A stretch of DNA of 60,337 nucleotides from Candidatus Thermofontivivens primus. GTDB lineage: Bacteria > Sysuimicrobiota > Sysuimicrobiia > Sysuimicrobiales > Thermofontiviventaceae. Numbering within the stretch: the first letter of the stretch is position 1; each line of letters begins with the position of its first letter. The position numbers and the translations under genes were made by a program. The stretch spans positions 1 through 60,337 of the forward strand of contig JAVKJW010000014.1 in assembly GCA_031458695.1 (NCBI GenBank), written 5' to 3'. The notes under the pieces were generated by a model. The model worked only from the letters and a program-made list of their open reading frames with translations, had not been told where the DNA came from and ran no database searches. This document shows, one piece after another, positions 9,314-18,800 of this stretch.

Positions 9314-10344
9314 TCACCGAGGAGGATGCCATGAGCCAGATGATCCTACCTTCCCAGGTCGAGCAGGCCCCGGAGCTGGCCGAGGTCAGCCACGACGAAT
9401 GGCTGCGGATGTACGAGCTCATGGTCAAGATCCGGGCTTTCGAGGAACAGGTCAATGAGCTCTACCTGAGTGGGAAGATGCCCGGCCTCGCCCACCTGTA
9501 CATTGGGCAGGAGGCTACCGCTGTCGGCGTCTGCCAGGCCCTCCGTCCTGACGACTACATCACCAGCACCCACCGGGGCCATGGCCACTGCCTGGCAAAG
9601 GGCGCTTCCGTGGATCGCATGTTCGCAGAGCTGTTGGGGAAAGCACCTGGGTACTGTCATGGGAAGGGAGGATCCATGCACATCGCCGATCCTGATTCCG
9701 GGAACCTCGGCGCGAATGCCATTGTCGGCGGCAGCACGGGGATCGCTACCGGTGCTGCCCTCTCAGCAAAGATGCGTGGAACTGACCAGGTGGCCGTCTG
9801 TTTCTTCGGTGAGGGAGCTCTGGGCCAGGGCATCCTCTACGAGGTCATGAACATGGCCTCGCTGTGGAAACTGCCCGTCATCTATGTGTGCGAGAACAAC
9901 CAGTACACGGAGTATACCCCTTACCGGGAGGTCCTCGCCGGGGACATCCTGGCCAGGCCGCGCGCGTTCGGAATCCACGCCGAAGAGGTTGATGGACAGG
10001 ACGTACGGGCCGTCTACGTGGCGAGCAGGAGAGCGGTGGCCCGCGCCCGGGGAGGGGAGGGCCCCTCGTTCCTCCTCTGCACCACCTACCGCTACCTCGG
10101 CCACCACGTTGGAGATATCGATAGATCCTACTACCGGAGCAAGGAAGAGGAACAGAGATGGAGATCCGAGCGGGATCCCCTGAAAATCCTGGCGGGATGG
10201 CTGATGCGCCAGAAAATCGCCGATGCGCAAATCCTGGAAGAGATCAACCAGAGGGTCCGCGAGGAGATCGCTGCAGGAGTCCAGTTCGCCCTCGAGGCAC
10301 CCTATCCTGATCCAAACGAGGTGGATCAGCATGTCTACGCCTAA
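9310..10344 (+). CDS. TPP-dependent dehydrogenase E1 alpha subunit (acetoin/pyruvate dehydrogenase-like)
   Basis: HLYIGQEA, STHRGHGH, GKGGSMH, FGEGA...ENNQY, YRYLGHH. True start may be ATG 9331. Confidence 0.9.
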   Translation: MITEEDAMSQMILPSQVEQAPELAEVSHDEWLRMYELMVKIRAFEEQVNELYLSGKMPGLAHLYIGQEATAVGVCQALRPDDYITSTHRGHGHCLAKGASVDRMFAELLGKAPGYCHGKGGSMHIADPDSGNLGANAIVGGSTGIATGAALSAKMRGTDQVAVCFFGEGALGQGILYEVMNMASLWKLPVIYVCENNQYTEYTPYREVLAGDILARPRAFGIHAEEVDGQDVRAVYVASRRAVARARGGEGPSFLLCTTYRYLGHHVGDIDRSYYRSKEEEQRWRSERDPLKILAGWLMRQKIADAQILEEINQRVREEIAAGVQFALEAPYPDPNEVDQHVYA

Positions 10345-11356
10345 GACAAGCACCCCCTCGGCGTTGGAGAAAGGAACCCGGGAGATCACCATGGCTCAGG
10401 CCATCCGGGAAGCCCTGGCAGAGGAGATGCGCAGGGACACGCGCGTGTTCATCATCGGAGAGGATGTAGCCGAGGCGGGCACACCCTTCAAGGTCCTTTC
10501 GGGGCTGGTGGAGGAGTTCGGGAAGGAGCGGGTGATCGACGCCCCTATCTCCGAGGCAGGATTCACAGGAATCGCTATAGGAGCTGCAATGACTGGGATG
10601 CGCCCTGTTGTGGACATTATGTTCGGGGACTTCATCACCCTGGCCATGGACCAGATTGCCAACCAAGCCGCCAAGGTCCACTACATGTCTGGAGGGAAGC
10701 TCAAGGTCCCTCTGGTGATCCGGACAACCCTGGGTGCTACCCGCCGCTCTGCTGCCCAGCACAGCCAAAGCCTCCACGCCTGGGTCAGCCACATCCCAGG
10801 GTTGAAGGTCGTCCTCCCCTCTACCCCTTACGACGCTAAGGGGCTTCTCAAGACTGCAATCCGTGACGACAACCCTGTGGTCTTCTTCGAGGACAAGATG
10901 ATGTACCAAGTAAAAGGGGAAGTCCCAGAGGAAGAGTACACGATCCCCTTCGGAGTCGCGGATGTCAAGCGGGAGGGGAAAGACATCACCATTGTGGCCA
11001 CGAGCAGCATGGTGCAGGTAGCTCTCGCCGCTGCAGATCTCCTGGCGGAGGAGGGGATCTCCGCAGAGGTGGTGGATCCACGCACCATTGTCCCTTTGGA
11101 CAAACAGACCATCCTGGCATCGGTCAAGAAGACGGGACGCGCACTCGTGGTGGATGAAGGGTACCAGCGTTTCGGCGTAACGGCGGAGATCGCCGCGATC
11201 ATCGCGGAGGAAGCGTTCTATGACCTCGATGCCCCCGTCAAACGCATCGGCGCCATGGACGTCCCGGTCCCCTTCTCGCCCGTGCTAGAAGATCTCACCG
11301 TGCCGACACCTGAAAAGGTGGCACAGGTTGCGAGGGAACTCTGTGGACGGAGGTGA
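10331..11356 (+). CDS. TPP-dependent dehydrogenase E1 beta subunit
   Basis: IGEDV, DAPISEAG, QHSQS, TPYDAKGLL. Start reassigned to ATG 10331, overlapping the alpha-subunit 3' end. Confidence 0.9.
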   Translation: MSTPKTSTPSALEKGTREITMAQAIREALAEEMRRDTRVFIIGEDVAEAGTPFKVLSGLVEEFGKERVIDAPISEAGFTGIAIGAAMTGMRPVVDIMFGDFITLAMDQIANQAAKVHYMSGGKLKVPLVIRTTLGATRRSAAQHSQSLHAWVSHIPGLKVVLPSTPYDAKGLLKTAIRDDNPVVFFEDKMMYQVKGEVPEEEYTIPFGVADVKREGKDITIVATSSMVQVALAAADLLAEEGISAEVVDPRTIVPLDKQTILASVKKTGRALVVDEGYQRFGVTAEIAAIIAEEAFYDLDAPVKRIGAMDVPVPFSPVLEDLTVPTPEKVAQVARELCGRR

Positions 11357-11421
11357 GAGAGTCCACCCAGCTGTGAGCCTCAAATGCGCCACGAGAAATT
11401 CCAGAACAAGGGGGGAGTGTA

Positions 11422-12759
11422 ATGGGTCTCAAGACATTCGGATTGATGGCCGTGGACTGGGAAGAGCGGGTCAATTTCGACCGCCTGCGTACCGAGCGCC
11501 TGGCCAGGGTGAAGAGGCTCCTCAAACAGTCGGAGCTGGGGGCCCTCCTGTGCTTCGACATGAACAACATCCGATACATCACCGCCACGCACATTGGCAC
11601 GTGGGCCATGGACAAGCTCGTACGCTTTTGTCTCCTTCCCCAGGATGATGAGCCCATCCTGTGGGACTTCGGCTCGGCGGCGCGCCACCATCAACTCTAC
11701 TGCCCCTGGCTTGGGGAACGCTCTCGAGCTGGGATTTCCACCTTGCGGGGAGCCTACCCACCACAGGCCAAGGATGTAGCCCGGAAGATCCGCGTTGAGC
11801 TGGAGAGCCGTGGCTTACACAAAGAGCCGCTTGGCGTGGATATCATCGAGCCTCCTGTGCTCTTCGCCCTCCAGGAGGAGGGCATTCGGGTGGTGGACGG
11901 GCAGTGGCTCATGCAGGAGGCTAGAAAAATCAAGACGCAGGACGAGATTACCCTCCTCACCACTGCCTGCATGATGGTGGACGCCGCGTACGAGGAGCTC
12001 TTCAAGTTCCTGCGTCCCGGAGTGCGCGAGAACGAGTGTGTGGGCCTCGTGAGTAAGGTACTCTACGACCTCGGCTCCGAGCACGTAGAAGGAGTGAACG
12101 CCATCTCCGGGGAGCGGTGCAACCCGCACCCCCACGTATACACCGACCGAGTGCTCCGGCCTGGAGACCCCGTATACTTCGACATCCTCCACAGTTTCAA
12201 CGGTTACCGCACCTGTTACTACCGGACGTTCGTGGTGGGCAGCGCCTCCCCAGCGATGGTGGATGCCTACAAGCGTTGCCGCGACTACCTCGACGCGGCC
12301 ATTAGCCTGATCAAGCCCGGGGTTACTACTGCCGATGTCGTCAAGGTCTGGCCAAAGGCGGAGGAATTTGGGTTCCCCAACGAGGAGGCGGCGTTCGCCC
12401 TCCAGTACGGCCACGGAGTGGGCCTCTCGATTTGGGAAAAGCCCATCTTCAGCAGGTTGGTCTCCTTCGACCACCCTGAGGTAATTGAGGAAGGCATGGT
12501 TTTCGCCCTGGAGACCTTCTGGCCGGCATCTGACGGATGGTCCGCTGCCCGCATCGAGGAGCAACTCGTGGTGACCAAGGATGGGTGCGAGGTCATTACC
12601 AGGTTCCCCGCCGAGAAGCTTCTCGTGGCGGGGACACGCTACTGGACCGTAGAAGGCCCGCTTTCGACCACGCGGGAGGTACAATCGCACCTCAATCGCG
12701 AGAGACCTCCCCTGGAGGCGGTCGTGGCCAGTGCTGCCCGGGAGGGGCGCAAGGCTTAG
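11422..12759 (+). CDS. M24 family metallo-hydrolase (Xaa-Pro peptidase-like)
   Basis: PHPH, YFDILH...GYRTCYYRTF, YGHGVGL, FALETF, ARIEEQ. Confidence 0.85.
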   Translation: MGLKTFGLMAVDWEERVNFDRLRTERLARVKRLLKQSELGALLCFDMNNIRYITATHIGTWAMDKLVRFCLLPQDDEPILWDFGSAARHHQLYCPWLGERSRAGISTLRGAYPPQAKDVARKIRVELESRGLHKEPLGVDIIEPPVLFALQEEGIRVVDGQWLMQEARKIKTQDEITLLTTACMMVDAAYEELFKFLRPGVRENECVGLVSKVLYDLGSEHVEGVNAISGERCNPHPHVYTDRVLRPGDPVYFDILHSFNGYRTCYYRTFVVGSASPAMVDAYKRCRDYLDAAISLIKPGVTTADVVKVWPKAEEFGFPNEEAAFALQYGHGVGLSIWEKPIFSRLVSFDHPEVIEEGMVFALETFWPASDGWSAARIEEQLVVTKDGCEVITRFPAEKLLVAGTRYWTVEGPLSTTREVQSHLNRERPPLEAVVASAAREGRKA

Positions 12760-12801
12760 ATCTTTACGAGAGGAACCTCGCAAGGGAATGGCCAGGGAAC
12801 C

Positions 12802-13515
12802 GTGAGCTGGAGAGAGGAAGACCCCAGGATCCTCCGCGGCATGCAGGCGCAGCTTGCACTTCGACGTGCACGCCTGGAGAGTGGGGAGCGGCCGCTTGGG
12901 TGGAAGATCGGCTTTGGCTCCCCTGAGGCCATGCAGCGCCTGGGGATCCATGCCCCTCTCGTCGGGTTCCTCATGGAGAGCTCCCTCCTTCCTCCAGGAA
13001 GTGTTGTGCAAGTAGACCACTGGACCAGACCGCTGGCTGAGCCTGAAATCGCCGTGTACATTGGCAAAGACCTCCCGGGAGGCACAGAACGAGAGCCCAT
13101 CCGGGAGGCTATCCAGGCGATCGGCCCCGCAATCGAGCTCGTCGACCTCGACCGCCCTCCTGAAGATGTCGAAGCGATCCTCTCCGGCAACATCTACCAC
13201 CGCTACGTGCTCCTTGGACCCCGCGACGAGTCCGCCGCCAAGAGATCGGTACAACATTTGCGGGGACGTGTGTTCTGGGATGGAGCTGAAGTGGCTTCCG
13301 TCGAGGACCTTGAGGCAAATACAGGACCGGTCGTGGACGCGGTCTCCAGGGTGGCCAATTTGCTCGCTTCCATGGGAGAGCGGCTGCGGGGCGGGGATGT
13401 GATTATTGCCGGCTCAGTGATTCCGCCTCTCCCGATCGAACGGGGAAGGAGCGAGATCACGTTCGAGCTCGTCCCTGTTGGCCGCGTATCCGTGCGGTTC
13501 CAGTGGAACGAGTAA
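12802..13515 (+). CDS. FAH-superfamily protein, 2-keto-4-pentenoate hydratase (MhpD)-like
   Basis: GWKIG, AEPEIA, PAIELVD, LRGGDVIIAGS. Start uncertain. Confidence 0.75.
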   Translation: MSWREEDPRILRGMQAQLALRRARLESGERPLGWKIGFGSPEAMQRLGIHAPLVGFLMESSLLPPGSVVQVDHWTRPLAEPEIAVYIGKDLPGGTEREPIREAIQAIGPAIELVDLDRPPEDVEAILSGNIYHRYVLLGPRDESAAKRSVQHLRGRVFWDGAEVASVEDLEANTGPVVDAVSRVANLLASMGERLRGGDVIIAGSVIPPLPIERGRSEITFELVPVGRVSVRFQWNE

Positions 13516-13545
13516 GGTTCACCGGCATTCCCAGTCACCAAGGAG

Positions 13546-14130
13546 GTGGTGTGTGTGCCCGATGTCATCGCCAGTTGGATCAAAGGTAGGCAGGTAGAGG
13601 TGATCACCCAGGGGCATGCCTTTGTCGTGGACGAGCCAAGGGAGCACAGAGGCGAGGGCCTGGGGGTATCCCCCCTTGGGTTGCTCCGGAGCGCACTCGC
13701 AGCTTGTACGGTGGTCACGTTACTGGATGTAGCGGAGGCACAAAATATCCCGATCGAAAGCCTGGAGGTCGCCATCGACAGCAAGTTCTCTGTAGTCATG
13801 GATGAGAGCAAGCTCTCCTGGGAGCGTCGGCTTCGTATCTCCCGGATGATCCGGGAGATTCGGGTCCGCGGCCCTATCACCGAGGAACAGAAAGCACTGC
13901 TCCTTAAAGGAGCGGAGTTCTGTCCCGTAGAGAACACACTGACGAATCCTGTAAAGATCGAAACAACCATAGTGGTAGAAAAGTCAAGCCAACAATCAAT
14001 GCAGGGGGTGGAAAGCCATGGAACATACATGGGATGGGAACAGGAAGATCACCCGGAGGACCTTCTTGAAAGGGGTCCTCGTGGGAGGTGCGGCAAGCCT
14101 TGCAGGCGTCTCCCTCTGGCCGAGCATTAG
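13546..14130 (+). CDS. OsmC/YhfA family protein
   Basis: DEP...G.G.SP, ALAACT and FCPVENTL two-Cys pattern. C-terminus runs 113 nt into the next gene; start probably GTG 13555. Confidence 0.8.
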   Translation: MVCVPDVIASWIKGRQVEVITQGHAFVVDEPREHRGEGLGVSPLGLLRSALAACTVVTLLDVAEAQNIPIESLEVAIDSKFSVVMDESKLSWERRLRISRMIREIRVRGPITEEQKALLLKGAEFCPVENTLTNPVKIETTIVVEKSSQQSMQGVESHGTYMGWEQEDHPEDLLERGPRGRCGKPCRRLPLAEH

Positions 14131-15367
14131 CTTCGCCCAGCAGCCTATCAAGATTGGCGCATCCCTTCCGCTGACCGGCGACTTTGCTATCGCCGGGCGC
14201 AAGCATAGGGACGGCTACCTCCTCTGGGCAAAGTTGATCAACAAAGACCGCAAGCGCTGGCTCTTGGGACGGCCTGTAGAGATCATCGTCCAGGACAATC
14301 GGTCAGATACTGAGGTCGCCGTCGCACAGACCGAGCGGTTCATCAACGTCGATAGGGTAGATCTCCTCCTGGGCACCTTCTCCAGCAAAATCAACTTCTC
14401 AACTTCCGCCATCGCAGAACAGAACCAGATGGTCTATCCCATCCCTTCTGGAGGGGCCTTGCGGATCTGGGAGCGCGGTTTTCGATACATCTTCTACTTC
14501 CAGCAAAACGCCGTGGAGTACATCGGCGAGACCCCTGTCCAGATGCTCGTGGGGTACAGGAATCAAGGAGTAATCAAGCCCGCAGACTTCCCAAAGACGG
14601 CAGGTGTGGTCCATGCCGACGAGCTCTTTGGGAACGCCATCGCCACGGGGCTCATGGGGGAGAAGGTGCGAATCCCCGGGACCGACCGAGTGATCGACCT
14701 TGCCCCGGGATTCCTCAAGAAGGCCGGGATCGAGGTGGTCTTCCGCCAGCAGTGGCCTGAGGGGTTCACCGATTGGCTTACCCTGGCCAACTCGATCAAG
14801 TCCAGGAACCCCGAGTTCCTGCTTGCCTCGACGGCCTCCCCGGATGAATCGATCCAGCTGGTCCGGGCCTTGCGGACGGTCGGCTACAATCCTAAAGCTC
14901 TGTACTTGTCTCAGGGAACGCAGATCGAGTTCAAGGAAGCATTGGGGGATGCGGCCGAGGGGATCTTCATCCACTCCTCCTGGCACCCCGTGGTTCAGTA
15001 TGTCGGGCTCCTTGCCGGTGAGCGGTACAGTAACCAGCAGTTCCTCGAGGACTTCCGGAAGGAGTATGGCCGAGACCCCGACGAGGACGAGGCCATCCCC
15101 TTCGCCCTCTGTCAGGGAATAGAGCAAGCGGTGCGCGCCATGGGAACGACCAACAACCAGAGGCTCCGCGCCTGGCTGGCGACCCGCACCAAGGAGAACC
15201 CCGTGCGCACCATCATGGGGAACTTCTACTGGGACAAGCGCGGGCTTCCCATTGGAAGGTTTTACCTGATGCAGCAGTGGCAGCGGGGCAAGCTCGAGTT
15301 TATCTGGCCTCTCGGGGAGTTCCCTGGGACGAAGCGCTTGATCTATCCCAAGCCAGCGTGGAAGTAA
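14018..15367 (+). CDS. Branched-chain amino acid-type ABC substrate-binding protein with Tat signal
   Basis: ITRRTFLK twin-arginine signal, IKIGASLPLTG, upstream of livGFHM-like genes. Confidence 0.9.
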   Translation: MEHTWDGNRKITRRTFLKGVLVGGAASLAGVSLWPSISFAQQPIKIGASLPLTGDFAIAGRKHRDGYLLWAKLINKDRKRWLLGRPVEIIVQDNRSDTEVAVAQTERFINVDRVDLLLGTFSSKINFSTSAIAEQNQMVYPIPSGGALRIWERGFRYIFYFQQNAVEYIGETPVQMLVGYRNQGVIKPADFPKTAGVVHADELFGNAIATGLMGEKVRIPGTDRVIDLAPGFLKKAGIEVVFRQQWPEGFTDWLTLANSIKSRNPEFLLASTASPDESIQLVRALRTVGYNPKALYLSQGTQIEFKEALGDAAEGIFIHSSWHPVVQYVGLLAGERYSNQQFLEDFRKEYGRDPDEDEAIPFALCQGIEQAVRAMGTTNNQRLRAWLATRTKENPVRTIMGNFYWDKRGLPIGRFYLMQQWQRGKLEFIWPLGEFPGTKRLIYPKPAWK

Positions 15368-15376
15368 GCGCACACA

Positions 15377-16111
15377 ATGGCATTGCTCGAGCTGAATGAA
15401 GTTACGAAACGCTTTGGCGGGCTGACAGCGGTGGACCGTTGCTCGTTCACTGTGGAGGCGGGTACGATCACAGGGTTGATCGGCCCCAACGGTGCAGGGA
15501 AAACGACGGTGTTCAACCTCATCAGCGGCCTCTTGAAGCCGGACGTCGGGAAGATCCTGTTTGCGGGCGAAGAAGTGAATGGGAAGCCCCCGCACCTCAT
15601 CACAAGGAAGGGCATCGCGCGGACTTTCCAGATTGCCCGGGAGTTTGAGGAGATGACCGTCCTGGAGAACGTGATTACCCATTCTCCGACGCGGGGGCTT
15701 CCCGACCTCTTGAAGAGGAGCGTCCTCAAGGAGGAGCGAGAGAAAGCAATAGCCCTCCTCGAGTTCGTGGGGATCGCTCACCTTGCCTACGAAGAAGCCC
15801 GCAAGCTCTCCTATGGTCAGAAGAAGCTCCTTGAGCTTGCTTGTGCGCTGATGGCCGATCCTAAACTCATCCTCCTCGATGAGCCTGCCGGGGGGGTCAA
15901 CCCACGGCTCCTGGAGAGGATCGTGGAACATATCGAGACCCTTCACCGTCAAGGGACGACCTTCCTCATCATCGAGCACAAGATGGATCTGGTGATGGGC
16001 TTATGTCATCCTGTGATCGTGATGGCCTATGGGAAAGTCCTGGCGAAGGGTTCTCCAGAAGAGATCCAGGAAGATCCGCGCGTGTTGGACGCATACCTGG
16101 GAGCGGCGTGA
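15377..16111 (+). CDS. Liv-type ABC ATP-binding protein (LivG-like)
   Basis: GPNGAGKTT, LSYGQKK, LLDEPAGG, YLG end. Confidence 0.93.
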   Translation: MALLELNEVTKRFGGLTAVDRCSFTVEAGTITGLIGPNGAGKTTVFNLISGLLKPDVGKILFAGEEVNGKPPHLITRKGIARTFQIAREFEEMTVLENVITHSPTRGLPDLLKRSVLKEEREKAIALLEFVGIAHLAYEEARKLSYGQKKLLELACALMADPKLILLDEPAGGVNPRLLERIVEHIETLHRQGTTFLIIEHKMDLVMGLCHPVIVMAYGKVLAKGSPEEIQEDPRVLDAYLGAA

Positions 16112-16881
16112 TGTTGCTGGAAGTGGAGAATGTCACAGCAGGGTACGGTGCGGGCCCCAATATCCTTGATGGCGTCTCGCTCCGGATCGAGCAGGGGAAG
16201 AGCTACTGCATCATCGGTCCAAATGGAGCGGGGAAATCTACGCTGCTCAGAACCATCTGCGGGCTGCTCCGTCCACGGAGCGGGAGGATCATCTTCAAGG
16301 GAGAGGTCCTCAACAACCTGCGCCCGGACCAGATCCTCCGCAAGGGCATTTGCTTTGTCCCCCAGGACCGGAGCCTCTTCCCCGAGATGAGCGTCAAGGA
16401 GAACCTGCTCATGGCCGGGTATACCCTCACGAACAAGCAGGACCTGGAGCAGAGGATCCAGACCGTATTCGAGATCTTCCCCGTGCTGAAGGAACGTCAA
16501 TCCCAACTGGCTCAGACATTGAGCGGGGGAGAACAGCAGATGCTCGCCATGGCTCGCGCGCTTATCCTCAAGCCAGATGTGATCATGCTCGACGAGCCCT
16601 CCCTAGGGCTCGCCCCCTTGGTCGCTATCCAGGTCTTTGAGAGCATCAAGAAACTGAAGGAGCTGGGGATGACCATCCTGCTCGTAGAGCAGAATGCCCG
16701 TAAGGGGTTGGAGTGTGCCGACTGGGGATACGTCCTGGACCTTGGGAAGAATCGCTTTGAAGGGCCGGCCCATTCGCTTCTCCACGATCCCCAGATCGAA
16801 GAGCTCTACCTGGGGAAGCGAAGAGGAACACGTCCGCAAGGGAAGACAAGAACCCTGGAACAGGGAGTGGATGGATCGTGA
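16111..16881 (+). CDS. Liv-type ABC ATP-binding protein (LivF-like)
   Basis: GPNGAGKST, LSGGEQQM, LDEPSLGLAP. Start at TGATG overlap, 16111. Confidence 0.92.
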   Translation: MLLEVENVTAGYGAGPNILDGVSLRIEQGKSYCIIGPNGAGKSTLLRTICGLLRPRSGRIIFKGEVLNNLRPDQILRKGICFVPQDRSLFPEMSVKENLLMAGYTLTNKQDLEQRIQTVFEIFPVLKERQSQLAQTLSGGEQQMLAMARALILKPDVIMLDEPSLGLAPLVAIQVFESIKKLKELGMTILLVEQNARKGLECADWGYVLDLGKNRFEGPAHSLLHDPQIEELYLGKRRGTRPQGKTRTLEQGVDGS

Positions 16882-17753
16882 TCCAACTTGTTCAGGTCTT
16901 CCTCCTGGGGTTGACGCTGGGAGGGGTCTATGCGTTGATGGCCTCTGGATTGACCCTCATCTTCGGGGTCATGCGGATCGTGAACATTGCCCACGGTGCT
17001 TTCATCCTGTTTGCGGCCTATCTCGCCTACTGGGGCTTCAAGCTCTACCAGATCGACCCCATGTTCTCTTTGCTCTTTACAATGCCCGTGATGTTCCTCC
17101 TGGGTATGGGGATCTATCGCCTCCTATTTCCGCGGATCGCGGGGAGCAGGCGCTTTACCTCCATGACGGTTCTCCTGACCTTCAGCCTTGCCCTTATCAT
17201 GGAAGGAGTCATGGGCTTCCTCTACTCTGGCATCTACCGTTCCGCAAATCCACCGTACACCACGCGGGCTCTCCTCTTTGGCCCATTCTACCTGCCCCTT
17301 GCTCAGCTCTACGCGACCCTGCTCAGCTTGGTGCTCTTGGGGCTTCTCTTCCTCTTCTTGCGGTTCACCCGTACCGGGCGGGCCATCCGGGCGACGATGC
17401 AGAACCGGACGGCTGCACAGATTGTCGGGGTCAACGTGGAGCAGATCTCCACCCTTGCCTTCGGGATCGGGACAGCTTTGGCAGGAGCTTCCGGCTCAAT
17501 GGTGAGCTTCTTGTTCACGTTCTTTCCGGCAAAGCACTGGCAGTGGATCGGCACCCTCCTCGCCCTCATCGTCCTCGGGGGTATGGGAAGCCTCCCGGGG
17601 AGCGTGGTAGGATCGTTCCTTTTAGCAGTGATCGCCGCGTATCTCGGGTATTTCTATGGACCGACCTGGTCTCCCATCACCTTCTACCTTGCTCTCTTCC
17701 TCATCCTGTTGATCCGGCCAGAGGGTCTTTTGGGGAAGAAGCTGGAGGCGTGA
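16878..17753 (+). CDS. Liv-type ABC permease (LivH-like)
   Basis: GLTLIFGVMRIVNIAHG, GRAIRA, VLGGMGS. Confidence 0.92.
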   Translation: MIQLVQVFLLGLTLGGVYALMASGLTLIFGVMRIVNIAHGAFILFAAYLAYWGFKLYQIDPMFSLLFTMPVMFLLGMGIYRLLFPRIAGSRRFTSMTVLLTFSLALIMEGVMGFLYSGIYRSANPPYTTRALLFGPFYLPLAQLYATLLSLVLLGLLFLFLRFTRTGRAIRATMQNRTAAQIVGVNVEQISTLAFGIGTALAGASGSMVSFLFTFFPAKHWQWIGTLLALIVLGGMGSLPGSVVGSFLLAVIAAYLGYFYGPTWSPITFYLALFLILLIRPEGLLGKKLEA

Positions 17754-17757
17754 TTCC

Positions 17758-18795
17758 ATGCCTGAGAATCCCTCTCGAGACGAAATTGTAAAGGCGCGGA
17801 AGGAAGTGTACCTCGGGAGTGTAGTGGCACCGAGGGTAGAGAGCAGGAAGCTCTTTCTATTCTCCCTTCTCTGTGCCTTGGCACTTTTCCCACTCCTCCA
17901 AGTCGCCTCTGGTCGGTTCAACTACTGGTTGCACATGCTCCTCTTCACGTTCCTGAACGTCACCATGGCTGCAAGCTGGAACATCATCGGAGGTTATGCA
18001 GGATACATCTCGCTGGGACATAACGTGTTCTCCGGCATAGGGGGGTACGTTGCAGGAGCGCTGTTGATCTTCTATGGCCTCTCTCCCTTCCTCACGGCAC
18101 CCCTGGCTGGGGTGGTTGCATGCCTCTTTGGCTTGCTTTTCGGACTGATCACCCTGCGGACGCGGGGCTCTGCTTTCATCATCGCCACAATCGCTCTGGT
18201 TCTCCTCACCAAGCTCGGGTTGGATAACTGGGAACTCCTGGGAGGGACAAATGGAGTGAGCCTTCCCCTCTTGCCTCTACCCGCTAGGTTCGTGAAGCTG
18301 CCCTTCTATTACGGCATGCTCCTGACGGCGGTTGGTGCAGTCTATCTCTCTTACCGGATCCGGCACTCCAAGTTCGGGCTTGGCCTCCGCGCCATTGCCC
18401 AAGATGAGACGAAAGCAGAGGTCGCTGGGATCCCCACCAGTCTGTACAAGATCCTCGCCTTCGCGATCAGTGGGTTCTTCCCCGGGATGGCCGGTGCCCT
18501 GTGGGCTTATTACCTCACCTACCTGAGGCCAACGATTTACTTCGCGATCCTCGGCGCTGCAGAGATTGTGCTCATGGTACTCCTGGGAGGCCGGGGGACG
18601 GTGGCCGGACCGGTGCTGGGCGCAGTCCTGCTCGTGGCTATGAACGAGTTCTTCGTGGCCAGGTTCGGATCCACAGAGCTGAACATCGCGGGGACAGGGT
18701 TGCTCATGCTCATCATCCTGATCTTCTTCCCGGAGGGGATCGTGGGGACCCTCAGGGATCGAAAGAAACTTCCCCGGCTCCTAGATTGGGGGTAG
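17758..18795 (+). CDS. Liv-type ABC permease (LivM-like)
   Basis: WNIIGGYAGYISLGH, GLGLRAIAQDE, LLGGRGT. Confidence 0.92.
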   Translation: MPENPSRDEIVKARKEVYLGSVVAPRVESRKLFLFSLLCALALFPLLQVASGRFNYWLHMLLFTFLNVTMAASWNIIGGYAGYISLGHNVFSGIGGYVAGALLIFYGLSPFLTAPLAGVVACLFGLLFGLITLRTRGSAFIIATIALVLLTKLGLDNWELLGGTNGVSLPLLPLPARFVKLPFYYGMLLTAVGAVYLSYRIRHSKFGLGLRAIAQDETKAEVAGIPTSLYKILAFAISGFFPGMAGALWAYYLTYLRPTIYFAILGAAEIVLMVLLGGRGTVAGPVLGAVLLVAMNEFFVARFGSTELNIAGTGLLMLIILIFFPEGIVGTLRDRKKLPRLLDWG

Positions 18796-18800
18796 TCCAC

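Noticed and set aside
18501..18800. N-terminal extensions in the ORF track (e.g. starts at 18501, 5170, 10223, 16003, 24720, 29053, 31818, 34879, 43255, 43694, 56347)
   Set aside because: They overlap neighbouring genes or repeats; downstream starts with an RBS or stop/start coupling fit the family domain boundaries better.
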